DNA of 64,000 nucleotides from Tubiluchus corallicola (taxonomy: Eukaryota; Animalia; Priapulida), in contig JAQGDQ010002368.1 in NCBI GenBank assembly GCA_030141605.1, positions 620,001 through 684,000 of the forward strand, written 5' to 3'. The notes under the pieces are model-generated. The model searched no databases, was not told the origin of the DNA, and saw only the letters and a list, made by a program, of their open reading frames with translations. Shown here piece by piece: positions 53,505 to 64,000 of this stretch (positions are counted from its first letter, which is position 1; each line of letters starts with the position of its first letter). A program made the translations under genes and the position numbers.

Positions 53505-53660
53505 CTTAATTTGTCTTAAGTTCATTAAAGATTATGTAAATTAGCGAAGCTGTTTTCTCGGTGGTATCAGTTGGATAGTCAACATTGGTTTTCTGTCAGA
53601 GTGCGCACTCTTTCCGTTTCGGTTGGGACAGGTGAACAGGTAGACAGGGACAGGTAGTCA
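53505..53660 (-). pseudogene. Decayed terminal exon of a further pentraxin paralog (PTX-C relic)
   Basis: gtaaattagcgaagctgttttct and actctttcc match the PTX-B last exon; the minus strand reads TCSPVPTETERVRTLTENQ and EKTASLIYIIFNEL with indels. Confidence 0.75.
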
Positions 53661-53856
53661 CTCAAATGTGACTTAGGTAAGTCAAATGTAGATGCGGTAC
53701 TTTGAATAAATCGGTAACTAACTCATTTAAGAAATTACAAAAAGATAAACCAAATTAAAATTATATTTTATGGTCATGGTGCTATCGGCAGCAGCAATTT
53801 TTATTATATTTAATTAATTTGCAACTATTTGTATGGACGTTAATACATTTTTCAAA

Positions 53857-54140
53857 TGTAAAGAAAATGTTTATCTGATAAGAAGCACCGCATTCTATTT
53901 CTTTGAGTTCAGTGGTTGCTGGAGTTTGAGAGCCAAACAAGACAAGCCTGCTCCTGCCTTCCCAGGTCTTGTCTCCCAACTGTTTCGGCGTGAATGTGAG
54001 GGAGTGGTGAACCTTCAAGGGTAAATTCGTTTTCTTTGTGTTTTTATGTCTAGCCAGCTATTCGTTCTTTTTCGGTTATAAAATCACTCTTTCCAACAGT
54101 AACATTTAGTTTTACAAAATTAGTGGGTTTGTCAGGATTT
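53857..54140 (+). mobile_element. Possible LTR (TGTAAA...TTTACA, 53857-54116) followed by a degenerate PBS-like sequence
   Basis: 6-bp terminal inverted repeat; tagtgggtttgtcaggat loosely resembles a tRNA-Pro PBS (TGGGGGCTCGTCCGGGAT). It does not match the downstream LTR candidate. Confidence 0.3.
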
Positions 54141-54269
54141 TGGTCGGGCCTTATACTCTTTCAAAGCTAGTAAATGTCTCCCAGTTGCATGTTTCCGGAT
54201 GTCGACCTCGAACCGAGGCCTCTCGCTCACCGATAACTCTGGCTCGAATCGTCCAGGGGTGATTACTAC

Positions 54270-57200
54270 GGTGCACTAGATGCTGCATTGATTATAGAGC
54301 CCTAAATGCAATTACCATCAAAGACAGTTATCCTTTACCCTGTATAGATGACTCGATAGATGCACTATCAGGCTCTGAATGGTTTTCCACCCTTGACTTG
54401 AAATCTGGGTATCACCAGGTCGAAATGCACCCTAACGACAAGGAGAAGACGGCTTTCATTACACATAGAGGCCTCTGGCAATTCAAGGCTATGCCTTTTT
54501 TATGGAGCAGGTCCTGACTGGCCTTCATTGGCGTACCCTACTAATCTACCTCGATGACGTGATAGTTTATGGCCACACCTTTGACGAACACTTGGAGCGT
54601 CTACAAGAGGTCTTCACTCGCTTCCAAGCAGCCGGACTGAAACTTAACGCTGAGAAATGTCTACTTACACAAAAGCAGGTAACTTACCTTGGACACATTG
54701 TCAGTTCCCAAGGAGTACACACCGATCCTGCAAAAACTGATGCAGTAGCGAAATGGCCTATACCAACAAACTTGACTGAGCTACGTAGTTTTCTTGGCCT
54801 TTGTACATACTACAGGCGCTTCATCAAAGACTTTGCAAAAATAGCAGCTCCACTGCACGAACTAACTCGTAAACATCAACCTTTCTTGTGGCAACAAGAC
54901 CAGCTGCAGTCTTTTGAGAGACTTAAAGCCTTGCTTACTTCCTCCCCTGTACTAGCGCATCCTCATTTCGATAGAGATTTCATACTTGACACCGATGCTA
55001 GTAATGTCGCCATCGGTGCTGTACTCTCTCAAGTTCAAAATGGACACGAACGTGTAATTGCCTATTACAGTCAAACACTTAACCCCGCAGAACGCAATTA
55101 CTGTGCCACTAGACGTGAACTCCTGGCCGTGATAAAAGCGGTGACCAACTTCCATCACTATCTTTACGGAAAACTCTTTTCTATACGTACCGACCATGCG
55201 GCACTTCGCTGGCTTCGCACGCTTAAGCGCCCGGAAGGCCAATTAGCTCGATGGCTTGCGAAATTGGACCAATATCAGTACAAGATAGAGCATAGGCCCG
55301 GTAAAAGTCACGCGAATGCAGACGCGCTGTCTAGACGGCCATGCGAACACGAATGCTCTCATTGCAACAAACGTGAAATAAAATTTGAAACGCTAAGAAC
55401 AGCTAACAATTCAAAAGCTGAAAATAGCAAAAATGCCTTACAGCCAGCCTGGAGAAGTAAAATTGACAGTGAAATTATTCAGGCATCAAAATGTGTGAAA
55501 CCAGAAATCACTGAATCGGCAAAATTTGTCAAAGTCGGTACAACTTTGCGTGATACTGAATTAGATTTTAAAGAAGGTCAATTAAATGATAAAGATCTAG
55601 CACCCGTCATAGCGTTTCTTGAAACGTCAAGCGAAAAACCAACATGGGAACAGCGATCACCCCTTAGTAGAAACGCTAAAGCGGTTTTAGCGCATTGGGA
55701 CACACTGCGTTTAAGAGATGGCATTTTGCAGCGGAAATGGGAAAGCCCTGAAGGGAGTCTTCTCGCTGGCAATGGTTAGTCCCTCGCGCTTTTCGCGAAA
55801 AAGTTTTAACGGAAATGCATTCATCTCCAACTGCAGGCCATTTTGGACAAAACAAAACTCTCGATTTACTGCGGCAGCGCTTGTTTTGGCCGGGAATGCG
55901 GCAAGATGTTGAAATATGGACGCGAACTTGCGAAATTTGTTGCAAGAAAAAGGGGCCGCAGCGAAAACCTCGTGCACCTTTACAACTATACCGTGTGGGC
56001 GCGCCTATGGAACGAATCGCCATTGACGTGGCAGGTCCTTTTCCGTTGTCTAATTCTAACAACAAATACATATTAGTTGCAATGGATTATTTCACAAAAT
56101 GGCCGTAATGCTATCCCTTACCGAACCAAGAAGCCGAGACTATAGCTGCAGTATTGGTAAACGATTTCTTTTGCCGATTTGGGTTACCAAACGAAATTCA
56201 TTCAGACCAAGGCCGAAATTTTGAAAGTAAGGTCTTTCAGCAATGCTGTAATCTTATGGGTATTGAGAAAACTCGAACGACTGCGCTTAACCCAAAAAGC
56301 GATGGAATGTGCGAGCGCTTTATAAGGACCATTTCCCGACAGCTTGCGCAATTCAGTAGTGCCCACCAGCGTGATTGGGATGAAAAGATCCCTTTGTTTT
56401 TGCTTTCATACAGATCGGCTGTACATGACTCAACTGGATTCACCCCTGCTCAAGCCATGTTTGGTTGAGAATTAAGGCTGCCTCTTGATCTATTAACAGG
56501 ACGCCCACCTTCAAACATTGATTCAAGTACTGTCGTTCAGTATGTTAAAAATCTTGAGAATCGTCTACATGACGTTCACCATTTCATCAGAGAAAACCTT
56601 CGCATTTCCCATGAAACAATGCGTAGACGCTATAATGTCCGTTCTCGTTATGTTCAATTTTCTGTTGGGGAAAAAGTTTGGTTTTTTAACCCTCAGCGTA
56701 AAATCGGTCGCAGTCCAAAGCTTCAGTCTGATTGGCTGGGACCTTATGAAATCATAACACGTCTCTCAGATGTTGTCTATCGTATACGTTTGCCGGGACC
56801 AAGAGAAAGATGCAAAATTGTTCATGCAGATCGTCTGTGGCGTTATACGCCAGCCACTGGATTTTCCTGGACACCTGGTGAAACGCCTTCACTCAATGAA
56901 TTATCTGACAGCCAAGCTACAGTAACTTATAGCCTTGATCCCGAAGTTAGTGCCGATAAATCCAATGCCGATCCATCGGGTATCGATAAATCTAAATCTG
57001 AACAGAACATTGAACTCGAGCCACAACTGACAGCACTTGATCGTTCTGTATCTCTCGATTCTTTCGGATTGCCGCCACCTCCATACTCACCATGCAGAAT
57101 AGCTGATTATAATGATGAGCACAATGAAAATGCATCGAGTTTTCCAGCCCAAATTCCAGAACTACTTAATTCCTCCATGCCAGCCTTAACTCCTATTCGT

Positions 57201-57854
57201 GATCAACTTTCCCTTCCCCATGACAATTCATCCAACGGTGATGTACGGCTTTCATTGCCCACCTTATCTCCGCCTATACCAAAACCTCGAACATCCACTC
57301 CCAAAAGAGTTGATTTTCCCGGCTCAACTACTCTTAGTTTACTTGGCACAGCCGACTCTGCTGAATTTATTCCCGACGAATCAACTCGACAACTCATTAA
57401 CGAATGGCTTCCTGGTAGCTCCAGTTCAGCAATTGCTGAGGACTCCTCTGAAAAGGCCGGCGATAGTGTACGCACGCCTCTTTCGGGCGAGCAGTCTACC
57501 TAGGTGAACCATTCTAGGAGCAATGTTGAGTGTAATCTTGAAATAAACAATAGAAAAACTGTTGATAGACAACCCAAATCGTTTCAATCCAATCATAATG
57601 TAACCTCACAACCTACGTTACCGGATCCTATTCTCTCTCCAACTTCTATTAATCCTGTTCTCGTATCAAGCGAGACCCATTCTAGCACACCACTAACCTT
57701 TTTGGAAGCCAATGCAGCCGATGACGTCCAGTTGCCGTCCAGTCCTCCCCGACCTTACCCCCGCAGGTCAAGACAACCTACAACCCACTATGGAAACTTC
57801 GCCTATGAAGACCCTACTGCACATCGAATACGCAATCCGAGACTTGAGAAATGA
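54270..57854 (+). mobile_element. Gypsy/Ty3 LTR retrotransposon pol (RT-RNaseH-integrase), 5'-truncated and decayed
   Basis: CIDYRALN, DSYPLP, FSTLDLKSGYHQV, YLDD, YLGH, LRSFLGLCTYYRRF, TDAS, YCATRRELLA, TDH, HHCC zinc finger (HSSPTAGH..CEIC), IAIDVAGP, HSDQG, ERF, GPY. Deletion at about 54500, frameshift at about 55760, stops at 56106, 56466 and 57501. Confidence 0.97.
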
Positions 57855-59633
57855 AATGCTAGGAGAGTTCTGTCATCTTAACCCTCACTTTACAAGCAAG
57901 AAAATGCTCGAGTTTAGATGCACTCATAGAATTACTTACGCGAAACATTTTCGTAATTCCAGCAACTATTCTATGTGACACATCCACATTAGCACTTAAG
58001 AATGGAGTTGTAACTACTTACACATGTCAAATTCGAAAATACGTGACTAGATGCTTGTTTAACTCGAAGTATATAATTTACTTAATAAGCATGTTTCAAA
58101 ATGTAAAAAAAAATATTTTTTTGCAGCTGAGGAACCAAGAATTGAACATATTTCCTTGGCTGTATATTGATTACCTCATGTCAATGATGTCATTATTATT
58201 GTTGTCGTATTTTGTGAAAAAATGGAATTTTCACTCTTCTTTAAGGAGAGGAGGAGAGGCGAATATATTAGTTTTTGTTCTATATTCTTAAGTGGCCGTA
58301 TTGGAAATCAACTGTGTATTCTTTAATTAAATTTTGAGTTTTTTTCTTGAATGGAATTTAAAAAAAAGGATAATTGTTCTGTAAATAGTTATTGCAAATT
58401 GTCATTTGTTCTAACATTAATCTCGAGAGATAAATGGCAGAACAAATATTTCATTTTTGCTAAACAATTACCGTTTGTTTAGACTGTTTCAGCTATGATG
58501 TACGAGTAGATAGTCGTGATCGAAATTCTCAATTTCGTTGTTTTAAGTCAACCGATTCCAGTTGATGCCTAGTTCTAATTAGTCTTTTTCGATAATTGAC
58601 GTTTTGTTGTTGTTGCTTTCGTTCTTCGAGGTCCTATTTCTAGCTTCGCGACAAAGCCTTGCCCGTTGGCTACCATGTGAACAGAGCGACTTTGACCACT
58701 GACCAGCCCTCGGTTGCGTAAGTTAATCGAACACGGTAAGGTGTTAAATTTTTTTTAGAAGTTAAGTTGTCAGCATTGTTGTTGCTTATTAAAGATGTTG
58801 ATTTATTTAAAGATAAAGTGGCATATAACTTTTTGTTTTTGGTTTCCCGCTATGAATATAGTTGGTGTAAGCAGATTTACTACCTTTTTTCTGTTGTACA
58901 GCACAGCTATTTTGGAAATTTATGGAGAATCGACGTTTTTCGCCATAGGAGCCAATACTTAAGCTCAATAAATCTTATGCTGGGTCTGCAGTGGAAATTC
59001 ACTTGAACTAACTGTATGCTTGACATGCGTACTAGCGTTCATCTTTTCCAGGCAAGCTCTACCAACCCAGGTGTTACACCCGTGGTATCGGATGCGTTGT
59101 TGCTTGACTAAGGGCTAGTCCACACCACACACCTTACTTGCATTTGCTTATTGAGACATAGTTGGTACTGGTGAATCGTTAAGAATCGCAGATCGTGCGG
59201 ATTATTTACACTACGTTACGTTTATTTACGGATAGCGGATATCTGATTACATTTATTTCGTTCATTTTTGCATTTTTACGTAGACATACTTAGGCATATT
59301 TAGTTGGAAGTTTTTTTAAGTCGACTCGCCGTTATATAAAAATTGTTGTTACTAGAAATGTAATGTTTAACTTTAATTTATTCATACAAGAAATCTGACA
59401 TTGACTTCATCTTCTAGTTTGTAATTCGGTAGGCGTTATGCACTAGCTCATGTTGTTTTGTAGAATTGCCAGTCTTTGCAAAATATTTCTGTGATTCTAT
59501 TTGATTAATGGAAGGAAAAACTTTTTGTATTGCCGATTAGCAGTGCTCGAACTTGCTTTCTGGTCTGTGTAGGTAGCTGTTCTTCTCCCTCCCGATGGAA
59601 GACTAGATCTTCAAAGAAGGGACTTCTTTGTCT

Positions 59634-60072
59634 GGAGGAAGGGGGACAGTGTACTGCAGGGCTGTGATGAGGTAGTGTAATACTGGCAGGAGAATACAGC
59701 AGACTTCTCAGGTGTGCGTGTGAACTAGCACACGTCCGGCTTTAACTAGCACATAGACGCTTATTCTGACCTTGTGTTAGTGGGAGCCACTAGTCACGTG
59801 CACACCTGAGCTTATAAAAATGGTAGGTCTGCTGTAGATCCTTGTCAGTGGTCAGTGGGCGTCTCATCTCATCTCAGCTCTGTTCGCACTTCATCAGGCT
59901 TTCTGTTGCTCCATTCGGAAAGCTATCTGGAACAGTTATTTTGTTTGGGTAATAAATTGTCATTTTTATTTTATTCATTTTGGTTTTTGTCTTTGAGTCA
60001 TGCCGCACGGTGTAGGCCGCGGTGCCATCCGTTCTGCTTCCACTAAAAGTGGAGAGCAGTCCAGTATTATCA
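59634..60072 (+). mobile_element. Polypurine tract (59634-59649) and probable 3' LTR (59650 or 59676 to about 60072)
   Basis: ggaggaagggggacag then TG; internal TATAAAA (about 59813) and AATAAA (59951); tgtaatactgg vs ccagtattatca near-inverted termini. Confidence 0.6.
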
Positions 60073-60784
60073 GTTTATAACACATAGATTTTGCGCGATG
60101 AGCATCTGCATGAGCACATCTTGCATCAGTGGACATCTTCTCGACCACATCCACCCAATTTTTTGAAAAAGTGCATAAAAACAGAAATCGGCTCGCATCT
60201 TGAAATCTTTGCACAGAGTTCAAATGCTTTTTGAAAAGAGATGCATTCAAATTGCTGCGTTCTAAATGTATATGCATATTTCTATATGCATCATATCTAT
60301 TAGTAATTGTTACCACCAGAATTACTGAGTTTCCCATTGCCGTTAATAATTCGAAACCACGCGGAATTTTCGCTTATTGACTAGATAATAATAATAGTAA
60401 TAGAAATAATAACAAAACAACGACGACGATGACAACAGCAACGACAACAGCAGCAACAGTACTACAACAGTATCTTCCCAGTTATGCGCAAAATATTTTA
60501 AGGGCGTCCTTCCGACTTGTAGTTGCTAGTGTTATGTTAAGTAGGTTATGGTTATTCTGCCAATATATCCATGACCCATGCTTAAGCTAAGTTCTTTTAA
60601 TTTCAGTAAAAACAAATTAAGCACAAAATAAAGTTGGCCAACTGATCAACTATCATAAGCTATATAATAATAAGCTATTCATCCGGCAAATGAAGAAGTA
60701 GATTCCCCTGTAATGTTGTAATAATAAATTTGTGCAAATAGTAAATGCAGATTACACAGGCTATAATGTTGATCACACACTTAC

Positions 60785-60899
60785 CTCTTAGTCTTATTGG
60801 AACATGCCTCCGCCTATAACCTTTTCTATTGTACACACCACGACTTTCACCTGGCTGAGCCATAAAAGTAATACAAATGAATAGTCCAATGATGGAACG
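60785..60899 (-). pseudogene. Orphan signal-peptide exon homologous to PTX-B exon 2
   Basis: Acceptor ttgtttgtttttag, donor GTAAGT, phase 0 to 1. RSIIGLFICITFMAQPGESRGVYNRKGYRRR aligns with YSVAGFVFACLDIMAQSGGSRNAYRGSSGYGRRK (33072-32955). Confidence 0.65.
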
Positions 60900-62729
60900 C
60901 TAAAAACAAACAAGTAAAATAGCTTTTACTATAAGAAATGCACATTTTAAACTTGTTGAAGAGTTAAAAACGGTTTTATTAAATAAAACTTGCCGATTAG
61001 TGAGTAAATGTTCCAACATCCTCATTACTTTATCTAACTGTTTCAAACGTTTTTCATTGTTTTCAAATTCAAGTACATTAAACTATATTAAGTACTTAAC
61101 ATTTACCCATTTGTTATTTGATATAGAAGCCATATTTGCCGAAAAGAATTTTTCTGTAGTAACTAAAACAGTGTTTACGCAGAAAACGCAGAAAACCTTC
61201 TGTTAGCAATTGCGCCAGAAAGTGCCATCGTGCTCTGTAAATTACTGTTACACGTCGCGCTAGAACCGGTCAAGCACAAAACTTGAAAAGTGATATCAAA
61301 ATAGGTACTGACATATAATTAAAATCAGAAAATCGTATTGTCGTGCATGTAAGAAGTTTGCATCGAGCAAAGGACATGTTTATAAAGTTACTGACCCCGT
61401 ACCATGTACGATTAATTTGTTCCGTGAGAACGCATTTATAACTCATTAATATTTTACACTTGTCAATGTTTCCTGAATCGTTGATAATTTTAGTGCAATG
61501 GTGTCAAATTATATCTTATACAAAGGAATTTCATATCATCATGAGAAAATAATGTAGGCTAATGTAATGTAAATTAATGTAATGTAATGTAAAATAATGT
61601 AAATTTAGTGTGACCGAAAATAATGTAGCCTAAACTTCGCGTGACCATTTGAACTATTAACTAGTTTTTAATGGTTGTCTTAGATTACGTGCTTGCAGCA
61701 GTAACACAGTTTTTAATGTTAATTTAAATTAAAGTGCTTAGCTAAGACATCTTCAACTATAATCGTAATGCAACACTAATTAATACTAGAAGTTAATATG
61801 CAGTTCTAATAAAAAATAGCACGTTTTTCACCATCAAGTACTGCAACAATCTAGCATTATAGCCTTAAGCTGGATAGCTTTACCTGCAGGTAACATAAAA
61901 TTTGCAGCTTAATGTGTTAGATCGGTAAGTATGGAATTTCTTTCATCGGCAAAACAAACATTTAATTCTAGTAATATGCAGTCTTTAAATCGTTACTTTT
62001 TTGCATAGATCAGCAAAACACTAAATGTTCCTCATTGATGACATACATTTTTAAACGTTCTTGCTTCAAAACAACGGCGATACTTGAATAGGTGTCAACG
62101 TAGGAAGCAATCTACTTAATTAAAAACAATCAACATAATTTACGGGAAATCACAACTAGCGCTTTTAAACAACTTGCCCTTTTTTGCCCCAAAAATGACC
62201 AAATTAATTTATAATTTTAACACATTTAATTTAACAGATCATTTCCGTAAGTACGAAATCCACAGTACCGAAAAAACACTCGCACAAAGCACCGTCGCAA
62301 ATCTAGCACAGCACACAAATTTTCAAGAATGTGGTACACAAATATAAAAGAAACCGTTTACCTTGGGATAAACAAATAAACACTGGAATATAACAGTTTT
62401 GGGGTGTTTTCGGGAGAACAAAATTTGCAGCAAAGCTCTTAATGGTGACAAACAGAAAACATAAGCTTCGACCTTATAATTTTTCTTTGGTCAAATATTG
62501 TAACGTTGACGTCGGCCAAGAAGTTCAAGGTTCAAGTCGGCAATGATGCGAGCTTCAGTTTGTTACAAACAATACCAAAAACGTGAAAACTAAACAGGAA
62601 TTTGAAGGAATAACGTGCATAAATTTTCTCTTACCGCCTCTATTGCTGGCTGTTTTACGGAACCGGTGCTTCGATGGAAAACGCACTGCCCACGCTCTTA
62701 ATGAATTAACCGGAACAATTACGTGCCTG

Positions 62730-64000
62730 CAAATGTAGGTAAAATGGCACAGTAAAAATTGCATAGGAAAAAACAGCACAAATGAAAACGCAGGAAAAAA
62801 AGTTGTATATATGTTATTTTGATGCATATAATTTGTATGACAAGACTAGAATGCGCTCAGCAGGAAACAGACCTCCGCCAAGGTCGAAAAACCCGTTCGT
62901 TCTTTCAATAGAAAAAACTAAAAACAAAGTTTTATAATAACATGCTATAATATACCTATATAAGTATTATATAGACTAGCAAAGGACCCAAAATATTTTG
63001 TTTATTAAACAGAATTATAATGAATAATGCACAAACGTTTCACATGGTGTTTGTCTACATTTCTTTAACCATTTTGCTTTGGTAATAGACTGATAAACGT
63101 AACTAGCTCGTAGTTGTTTGCCCTGGTAGAGATAATAAAACAAGAATTCCCCTCTCTTGTAGCTAAGTCCTCATCTTCCCAAAAAGCTATAGCACTCCGT
63201 CTGAAACCTCCACGTAATTGCGTCACCAGTGTTGTCTGTGCGTAGTATTCGAGACCTCTACGAATTGCTTCACCAATGTTTTCTGTGCGTAGTATTCGAG
63301 ACCTCTACGAATTGCTTCACCAGTGTTTTCTGTGCGTAGTATTCGAGACCTCTACGAATTGCTTCACCAATGTTTTCTGTGCGTAGTATTCGAGACCTCT
63401 ACGAATTGCTTCACCAGTGTTTTCTGTGCGTAGTATTCGAGACCTCTACGAATTGCTTCACCAGTGTTTTCTGTGCGTAGTATTCGAGACCTCTACGAAT
63501 TGCTTCACCAATGTTTTCTGTGCGTAGTATTCGAGACCTCTACGAATTGCTTCACCAGTGTTTTCTGTGCGTAGTATTCGAGACCTCTACGAATTGCTTC
63601 ACCAATGTTTTCTGTGCGTAGTATTCGAGACCTCTACGAATTGCGTCACCAGTGTTTTCTGTGCGTAGTATTCGAGACCTCTACGAATTGCTTCACCAAT
63701 GTTTTCTGTACGTAGTATTCGAGACCTCTACGAAATGCGTCACCAGTGTTTTCTGTACGTAGTATTCGAGACCTCTACGAATTGCTTCACCAATGTTTTC
63801 TGTGCGTAGTATTCGAGACCTCTACGAATTGCTTCACCAATGTTTTCTGTGCGTAGTATTCGAGACCTCTACGAATTGCTTCACCAGTGTTTTCTGTGCG
63901 TAGTATTCGAGACCTCTACGAATTGCTTCACCAATGCTTTCTGTGCGTAGTATTCGAGACCTCTACGAATTGCGTCACCAGTGTTTTCTGTGCGTAGTAT
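62730..64000 (+). mobile_element. Third copy of the composite AAAATGGCAC/HINE-like element, carrying a satellite array
   Basis: aatgtaggtaaaatggcacag..., actagaatgcgctcagcagg..cctccgccaagg, actccgtctgaaacctccacg, as in the 18230 and 31300 copies. Confidence 0.65.
63203..64000. repeat. 47-bp tandem satellite, about 17 copies, running off the window end
   Basis: Unit gagacctctacgaattgcttcacca(a/g)tgttttctgtgcgtagtattc at 63251, 63298... Confidence 0.98.

Noticed and set aside
63203-64000. CRISPR-like regular array
   Set aside because: Units are head-to-tail with no unique spacers, there are no cas genes, and the context is eukaryotic.

Overview
AT-rich, intron-rich animal (invertebrate-type) genomic DNA; no prokaryotic system is present. 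1-5504 (+) holds the last 7 coding exons of a BBS12 chaperonin-like gene. Most of the rest is a cluster of multi-exon secreted pentraxin genes on the minus strand. Exons were assembled by hand from splice sites and reading-frame phase. There are two near-identical 9-exon copies (PTX-A1 7535-15441, PTX-A2 39682-47430, about 372 aa) and a diverged, probably frameshifted paralog (PTX-B 19814-33878). There is also an inverted partial copy of PTX-B (49260-51906, +) and relics of a further paralog (53505-53660 and 60785-60899) separated by a decayed Gypsy LTR retrotransposon. The pentraxins have an unusual layout: signal peptide, basic pro-like segment, amphipathic helix, PTX domain, then a 45-60 aa amphipathic C-terminal helix. 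38388-53070 is a rearranged duplicate (direct, inverted, direct) of pieces of 6141-37000. The window also has decayed LINEs, gag relics, MITE/HINE-like repeats, microsatellites, and 42-bp and 47-bp tandem arrays. Gene models are unverified by transcripts or database searches.
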